DNA from: Nitrospirota bacterium
GTDB taxonomy: Bacteria > Nitrospirota > Thermodesulfovibrionia > Thermodesulfovibrionales > Dissulfurispiraceae
NCBI GenBank assembly: GCA_963710375.1
Contig: CAVPZX010000004.1
Span: 265,242-329,241 of the forward strand
DNA: 64,000 bases
Direction of reading: 5' to 3'
Part shown: piece by piece, positions 59,070 through 64,000 of the stretch
How the letters are laid out: every line of letters begins with the position of its first letter
Position numbering within the stretch: the stretch's first letter is position 1
Translations under genes and position numbers: made by a program
Notes under the pieces: generated by a model
The model's input: the letters and a program-made list of their open reading frames with translations, nothing else
Told to the model about the DNA's origin: nothing
Database searches by the model: none

Positions 59070-60662
59070 GTCGTTACGCTCAGCAAAAGCATCTGCTGGC
59101 TTGATTATAGAGGTATCTATCGGAGGTAATTCCCATAGGTCCATTTTTATTTTTCCTCCCTTTTGTTTGTTTTTATCAGCTTTTGTGTCTTCATAATATA
59201 TAATACTTTTCACCAGCAGATGTACTAAGTCATACTTCTCGTCAAGTGTAAGTTGGTCATATATATCTTTAAAGACCTTCAGATTTTCTCTGATGAGGTC
59301 CGCATTCACAATCTTGCTTTCATAATTGTTTGCCTCAAAGTCTATATAATCGATCTCTTTCCTCAGTTCCTTTTCTTGTTCTTCGAGCCCCTTTAACTCT
59401 TTCAGAATATAGGTGAGTCCTTTCTCCTTTTTCCCTTCCGTTCCCAATATCTCAAGAAAATTCTTCGCCTTTTTATCTACTTTAGTAAGCTGTTCCTGAA
59501 GTATCTTTTTCTTCATCAAGATTTCTTTAACCTTTTCTCGCTGCTCTTTGGTTGCATTTTCAACAACGCCTTCAATTATCTTCGGCTCTTTTGAAAGAAA
59601 TTTTAATTCGTCGGCAACAAGACTCTCAAGCTCCCTGGCGTTTACGCTTCCGGTAGGGCAGCTTTCCTTGCTGCTGTCTTCATCGGTTTTGCACCTGTAA
59701 TAATAATACTCCTTACCTTTGGAAACTGAAAAACTCGGTATCATAGCGGAGCGACAGGAGCCGCATTTCACCAAACCCTTAAGAAGGAACTTATGCCCAT
59801 CCTGCCTGTATCCTGTCTTTGTTGCATAGTTAGCATTGAGCATTGCTTGAACGGCATTAAAAGTAGTTTCGTCAACTATCGCGGGCTGCTGGCCGTCGTA
59901 GATCTGATCTTTATATTTAATCTTACCGATGTATATCGGATCTTTTAATATCCTACCGAGGCTGTTCTTATTGAACTTCAAGCCTCCTCTTGTATTACCT
60001 GGCTTTGATGTCCAAGACTTCATTCTGTAGCCTTTAGAATTGAGCGCTTTCGCTGTTTCACTAAGAGAGCCCATCTGTAAATAGGTCTTGAAGATTTCTA
60101 TAACGATCGGAATTTCGGACTCATTAAGAACAAGGCACTTGTTTTCATAATCAATGTTATAGCCAAGTCGCGGATAACCCCCGTTAAAAAGCCCCTGCTT
60201 TGCTCTATACAACAAAACGTCTATCGTCCTCTCCGAAGTTTGCTCCCTCTCGAGCTGAGCAAAGACAAGAACAATCCTTATTACGCCCCTTCCTAAAGCT
60301 GTGGAAGTATCAAAATTCTCCTGTAAAGATATTAAATCTACGTCCTTACTTTCGAACACATTATAAATGTTCTCAAAGTCAACGATAGAGCGCGAGAGCC
60401 TGTCAACCTTCTTAACGATGACGGTATTGATTTTCCCCTTGTGGACGTCAGCCATCATGCGCTTGAATTCAGGTCTGTTGGTATCTTTTGCTGAGAAACC
60501 TTCTTCTCTGTATATTACATAGTTATCCCAGCCTTTAAATAAGCAGAAATTTGTTAATCGTTGAATCTGCTCATCTAAGGATTCACCTTCTTCAGCCTGG
60601 AATGGGGTAGAGACCCTAACATATAGACCACATTTTCTATCCTTATCTTCTATTTCAGGCAT
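59028..60662 (-). CDS. Large serine recombinase (integrase)
   Basis: YVRVST catalytic Ser, DRLSR, FAQLERE, zinc ribbon CGSC...YYRC, coiled coil; the C-terminus runs into tRNA-Asp. Confidence 0.95.
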   Translation of the reverse strand: MPEIEDKDRKCGLYVRVSTPFQAEEGESLDEQIQRLTNFCLFKGWDNYVIYREEGFSAKDTNRPEFKRMMADVHKGKINTVIVKKVDRLSRSIVDFENIYNVFESKDVDLISLQENFDTSTALGRGVIRIVLVFAQLEREQTSERTIDVLLYRAKQGLFNGGYPRLGYNIDYENKCLVLNESEIPIVIEIFKTYLQMGSLSETAKALNSKGYRMKSWTSKPGNTRGGLKFNKNSLGRILKDPIYIGKIKYKDQIYDGQQPAIVDETTFNAVQAMLNANYATKTGYRQDGHKFLLKGLVKCGSCRSAMIPSFSVSKGKEYYYYRCKTDEDSSKESCPTGSVNARELESLVADELKFLSKEPKIIEGVVENATKEQREKVKEILMKKKILQEQLTKVDKKAKNFLEILGTEGKKEKGLTYILKELKGLEEQEKELRKEIDYIDFEANNYESKIVNADLIRENLKVFKDIYDQLTLDEKYDLVHLLVKSIIYYEDTKADKNKQKGGKIKMDLWELPPIDTSIIKPADAFAERNDWRGGRGSNPRPPA

Positions 60663-60811
60663 TGTTACACTCCCTGATGTTAGTTTCGCTTAGAGTATCA
60701 GATGGTCGTATTTTTGTCAAGGTTGCTGCTAACATTTTGTGGAGAACACTTTAATTTGCTAAAGTGATTAGAAAGAAAACAATCTGAAGGAGATCGTATT
60801 GAAGAAAGCTC

Positions 60812-60863
60812 TTGCAATTTTCCACCACAAAGCAGATAATAAGCTGATGAAAGTGGTGGAAAA
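60812..60863 (+). promoter_or_regulatory. Sigma70-like promoter with an overlapping inverted-repeat operator
   Basis: TTGCAA-17-GATAAT (60812-60840); TTTTCCACCAC (60818-60828) / GTGGTGGAAAA (60853-60863). Confidence 0.65.
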
Positions 60864-61203
60864 AGATAAGGTCATCAGCGGCATGCTCCAGGACGAGATG
60901 AAGCGGTGTCAGGAGATGCTTAACAATCTTGAGGAATCGGTATCCAAGCTTCCCAGAGGCGTGCTAAATGAGAGGGAAAAGCGATACAAGGACAAGATAT
61001 ATTCCTATTACTATCTGAAATTCCGCGAGGAAGGAAAGGTCTACAATAAACATATATCTAAAAAAAATGTGCAGGAGTTATTAGGAAAGATTGAACTGAG
61101 AAAGAAATATGAAAAGGAGATACAGTCCTACAAAAAGAAAATAGCTTATCTAAATAAAATCATGGGAAGACAGGAAAGTCTGGGGAATGCAGGTCGCGAT
61201 TAG
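60847..61203 (+). CDS. Small basic protein, putative DNA-binding partner/antitoxin
   Basis: LPRGVL...YYYLKFREEGKVYNKHI plus coiled coil; ATG 6 nt after the -10 box; overlaps the next gene. Confidence 0.7.
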   Translation: MKVVEKDKVISGMLQDEMKRCQEMLNNLEESVSKLPRGVLNEREKRYKDKIYSYYYLKFREEGKVYNKHISKKNVQELLGKIELRKKYEKEIQSYKKKIAYLNKIMGRQESLGNAGRD

Positions 61204-61870
61204 AAATAAAGACATCTTCCCTGCCCAGGTAAAGGAACTTTTAGAGAAGCTTTTCTCGGTTGGCTTCTTTGAAGAGTCAATGGTCATCGGAAGCTGGGTA
61301 ATGCCATTGTACCAGGAAGCATTTGGTATAAATTATGCGCTTCGCACTCTGGATATCGATTTCGCTGTCAAGTTTGTCCATCCCGGAAAAGATAAGAAAA
61401 TCGACCTCGACAAAATTATCACGGACCTTGGATATATACCAATTACAATACAGTCAGGCATTCGCAAGTTTACACGTGATAACTTCACTGTTGAATTCAT
61501 TGCCCAGCGGAGAGGCGGAAGATCTGACGAAATGATTAAGGTTGTCAAATGGAACATTACAGCAGCGCCGTTGCCTTTTGTCAACATCCTTTTAAATTTT
61601 CCGTTTACAGCAGACTTTGGAGATTTTAAAGTAAGAGCGCCACTGCCCGAGGCATTCTTTATCCATAAACTTATCACGGCTCAGAGAAGGCCCGTCGAAA
61701 GTAAAAGAGTCAAGGACCTTGAACAGTGTTCTATTGTTGCTCGGCAACTTGACGCTGAACGATTAAAACATATTGTTGAATCGTTGAAATTTAGCAAGAA
61801 AGCTCAGAAAGCACTGCGCACATCCTGCGAGACAATAGATTTTCCCCTACACAGGTTGAATCTGGAGTAA
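61187..61870 (+). CDS. Nucleotidyltransferase-fold protein (GSU2403-like)
   Basis: MVIGSW...LRTLDIDF catalytic motif; PEAFFIHKLITAQRR...KRVKDLEQ. Confidence 0.85.
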   Translation: MQVAIRNKDIFPAQVKELLEKLFSVGFFEESMVIGSWVMPLYQEAFGINYALRTLDIDFAVKFVHPGKDKKIDLDKIITDLGYIPITIQSGIRKFTRDNFTVEFIAQRRGGRSDEMIKVVKWNITAAPLPFVNILLNFPFTADFGDFKVRAPLPEAFFIHKLITAQRRPVESKRVKDLEQCSIVARQLDAERLKHIVESLKFSKKAQKALRTSCETIDFPLHRLNLE

Positions 61871-62239
61871 TTATGTGGTGGAAAAAGGGAATGGCTAAAA
61901 ATCACTTTCGCACCAAACTTTCTTTCTACTCCTCGAAAAGGGGAATTATATTTGACATTAAGTTTTCCCCATAACTGAGAGCACATCGCCCCGTCTGAAT
62001 TTGTTGGTGACACCTGAAAGTCAACACCAGGGACATCTCAGCGAAGCCGTTGTTTTCCGGTTATAACCTTGCGGCGTGCGTGCAGCCTTGGTCATTTCCG
62101 ATCCTCCCTGTATACATGTCTTGACACCCTTTCTTGACCTTGCCTGGTCATTCTGATAGTATTTTAATATATGGATAACTTCAAAAGGAAAATCCTTTAC
62201 TAACAATGCTTGCCTAAGTTTATTTGAATCGAGGTCTTT

Positions 62240-63064
62240 ATGGCCGATGATATCGATGATATCAAGACTTCTTTCCAATCAGTATTCGGACAAAGAACCA
62301 CAGGCATTTGCACTAGACTTTTATCTCTGTGGAAATCACTAGAATTCAATAATTTCACTTATCAAGAAGGTACATACCCTGCAGGACATGGTAAAAAGCA
62401 CATCAAGAAAGTGCTACAGAATCTGTGTAACATATTACTAGCCTATCAAGGTAAAGATGGGCTCACTGACAGACAAAAGGAACTCCTTTTCGCTGCAGGC
62501 ATGATTCACGATATAGGTATGATTGGCATGAGGCCCCTAGGTGCTTATGGTAATGCTTCTAGCCATATGAGGGCCATGCACGCCTATAAAGATATTATCG
62601 CAGAATCTGCTGAACCAGCGTTGCGTGGAGCACAATTCAGTCCTGAACAAATTGACTTGATAATAAAAATTGCAGCAACACACGCCAGCGACGAAGTAAG
62701 TGGTTCAGTAAAGCAAAAATCAACAGAACTAAAAGAAAGGTACAAAAAAATAGGACTAGGTTATATTTATCCATGTGCAATATTGTTACAAGCTGCGGAT
62801 TTTTTCGATGTTGGGAAAGATCGTCTTGCTGGTGATGTTACAACTCAGGCTTGGAAGCCAGATCAGATAAAGCATTATAAGAAACATGAAACAGTTAATG
62901 TGAAAATTGATCATCAAAATAAAAAGATAAATATATACCTTTCAGAAAATGATGTTATTCTGGTTAAGGGAAAGCCCATTACGATCAATCCTATTGAGCG
63001 AATCAAAATTCTAGATTGTATTAATTATCAAGCAGAAGAGATTGTGCACGCCATGAGTTTATGA
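62240..63064 (+). pseudogene. HD-domain protein (HD-CE-like), probably truncated by an IS
   Basis: GHGKKH, IHDIGM, RAMH, ATH, ADFFD..R, HYKKH; the last codons lie in the putative IS end. Confidence 0.65.
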
Positions 63065-64000
63065 TACCGAAATCAGAAAAAACTGGGTAACACTTTTCCG
63101 TTTCGGGTAATGGTTATAAAGCCTTTCATGTTCAGCCAGGACTCCACGGCGATGCGCCAGGCCGCTTGCGGCTGAACTCCCTCACTGCATAATATATCAT
63201 TTTGCAAGTTCGTTATCCAGTCATAGGCATCCCTCCTTTCCCATTTGGAAAACGTTCTTTTGCCGGTGAAGTACACCTGGCAAGCATTCTTACCACTCAA
63301 GCATGGACGAGGCCGGTGATTAAGATCATGCTCAACTGTCGAGGCATATGCCTCCAGGTGTTCACGCGGACAAGAGGGTTTATAAGCGAGCTTCGAAGCA
63401 AGCCCGTTTTTCAGCTCGGTTTGCGCTTCTTCGATAGCGCCATTGTAAGGCGGATAATGAACCGGACTGTTCACCGGCATGACGAAGTAATCAGCAAGCA
63501 CGTCATTGACCGCCGAATGATTGAGGTTACCGCCATTGTCCCGCTTGAGAAACAGTGGCGAGCCGAAACGGTTGAAGGTTGCAGTAAGATAGCCGGATAT
63601 TTCTTCGCCGCAGGGGATGTCTCCTGTCATGGGATTGAACTTGTAGCGAGAAGCCATGTCCTGCATCTGGTTCAGGTACATCTTTGCGCCGGTTTCGTCA
63701 CGCTGTGCGTATTCGCAGGGGTCCATAGACCACGCAACGTTCGGCACGTTCCAGTGAATGCGCCTCAGATTCTGTCGGTGCAACATATTGAGATCATGCC
63801 TCGCCATCGGTACCATTCTTTGCAACTCCCTTCTTGAGACGCCTGATGCGTAACGAGCATATAATGCCCCCGTGCCCTGTGTGCGATTATAACCATGAGA
63901 CAACTGATCAATATCCCGCTTCAGTTTGTCCATATCCGGCGGCCTGACTTTGGGAGGACCCGGCTGCCGAACGAGAGGCGTGTCTTTCTTATGCCGCATG
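63043..64000 (-). mobile_element. Insertion sequence (rve/DDE; IS3/IS481-like), partial
   Basis: Putative terminus TGTGCACGCCATGA at 63043; base composition shifts at this point. Confidence 0.7.
63073..63999 (-). CDS. DDE transposase (rve core), 5' end probably outside window
   Basis: WSMD, MQDMASRY, LKRDNG, PPYNGAIE, LNHRPRPCL. Confidence 0.88.
   Translation of the reverse strand: MRHKKDTPLVRQPGPPKVRPPDMDKLKRDIDQLSHGYNRTQGTGALYARYASGVSRRELQRMVPMARHDLNMLHRQNLRRIHWNVPNVAWSMDPCEYAQRDETGAKMYLNQMQDMASRYKFNPMTGDIPCGEEISGYLTATFNRFGSPLFLKRDNGGNLNHSAVNDVLADYFVMPVNSPVHYPPYNGAIEEAQTELKNGLASKLAYKPSCPREHLEAYASTVEHDLNHRPRPCLSGKNACQVYFTGKRTFSKWERRDAYDWITNLQNDILCSEGVQPQAAWRIAVESWLNMKGFITITRNGKVLPSFF

Larger units (their letters stand above)
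59070..64000. mobile_element. Genomic island integrated at tRNA-Asp (right end outside window)
   Basis: Integrase abutting the tRNA 3' end; visibly AT-richer sequence; TA-like, HD and IS cargo. Confidence 0.8.

Noticed and set aside
58996..59196. 66-aa ORF MVVQLVRTPACHAGG
   Set aside because: Translation of the tRNA-Asp gene; spurious.
62021..62095. 24-codon minus-strand ORF (MTKAART...RCPWC) with a GGAGG RBS
   Set aside because: Too short to support without conservation data; may be a gene remnant.
1..64000. CRISPR array, cas genes, rRNA, retron/DGR reverse transcriptase
   Set aside because: No regularly spaced repeat-spacer series, rRNA-like segment or RT motifs were seen by eye; a dedicated scan would be needed to exclude very degenerate cases.

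Overview
This is a bacterial chromosomal window. The gene content (Lpp-like lipoprotein, ftsK-lolA-pdxA, tRNA-Sec, Desulfobacterota-style intergenic repeats) fits an anaerobic or microaerobic diderm such as Nitrospirota/Desulfobacterota, but that is inference and unverified. Core genes are murA, relA/spoT, pntAB, copA, rnj, ftsK (frameshifted), lolA, pdxA, rimI, tsaB and tRNA-Val/Asp/Sec. They alternate with accessory blocks: (i) an oxidant-defence cluster (cytochrome c peroxidase, DUF488, an OsmC-like gene read through an in-frame UGA with a SECIS-like hairpin, MsrA, flavin disulfide reductase); (ii) an integrase-less 828-bp toxin-antitoxin islet bracketed by a 24-bp duplication of the tRNA-Sec 3' end, next to an RHH/unknown gene pair; (iii) a translationally coupled B12-radical-SAM + type III PKS pair; (iv) a TetR-TolC-TolC-EmrAB efflux operon; (v) a C-P lyase (phn) operon lacking phnN/phnP but carrying a metallophosphoesterase and followed by a methyltransferase; (vi) the left end of a serine-recombinase island at tRNA-Asp with a nucleotidyltransferase-type TA-like pair and an IS-truncated HD-CE-like gene. 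Three different MITE-like elements and several heptamer-repeat hairpins lie in intergenic DNA. I saw no CRISPR array or rRNA. All family assignments come from motif recognition by eye, not from database searches.
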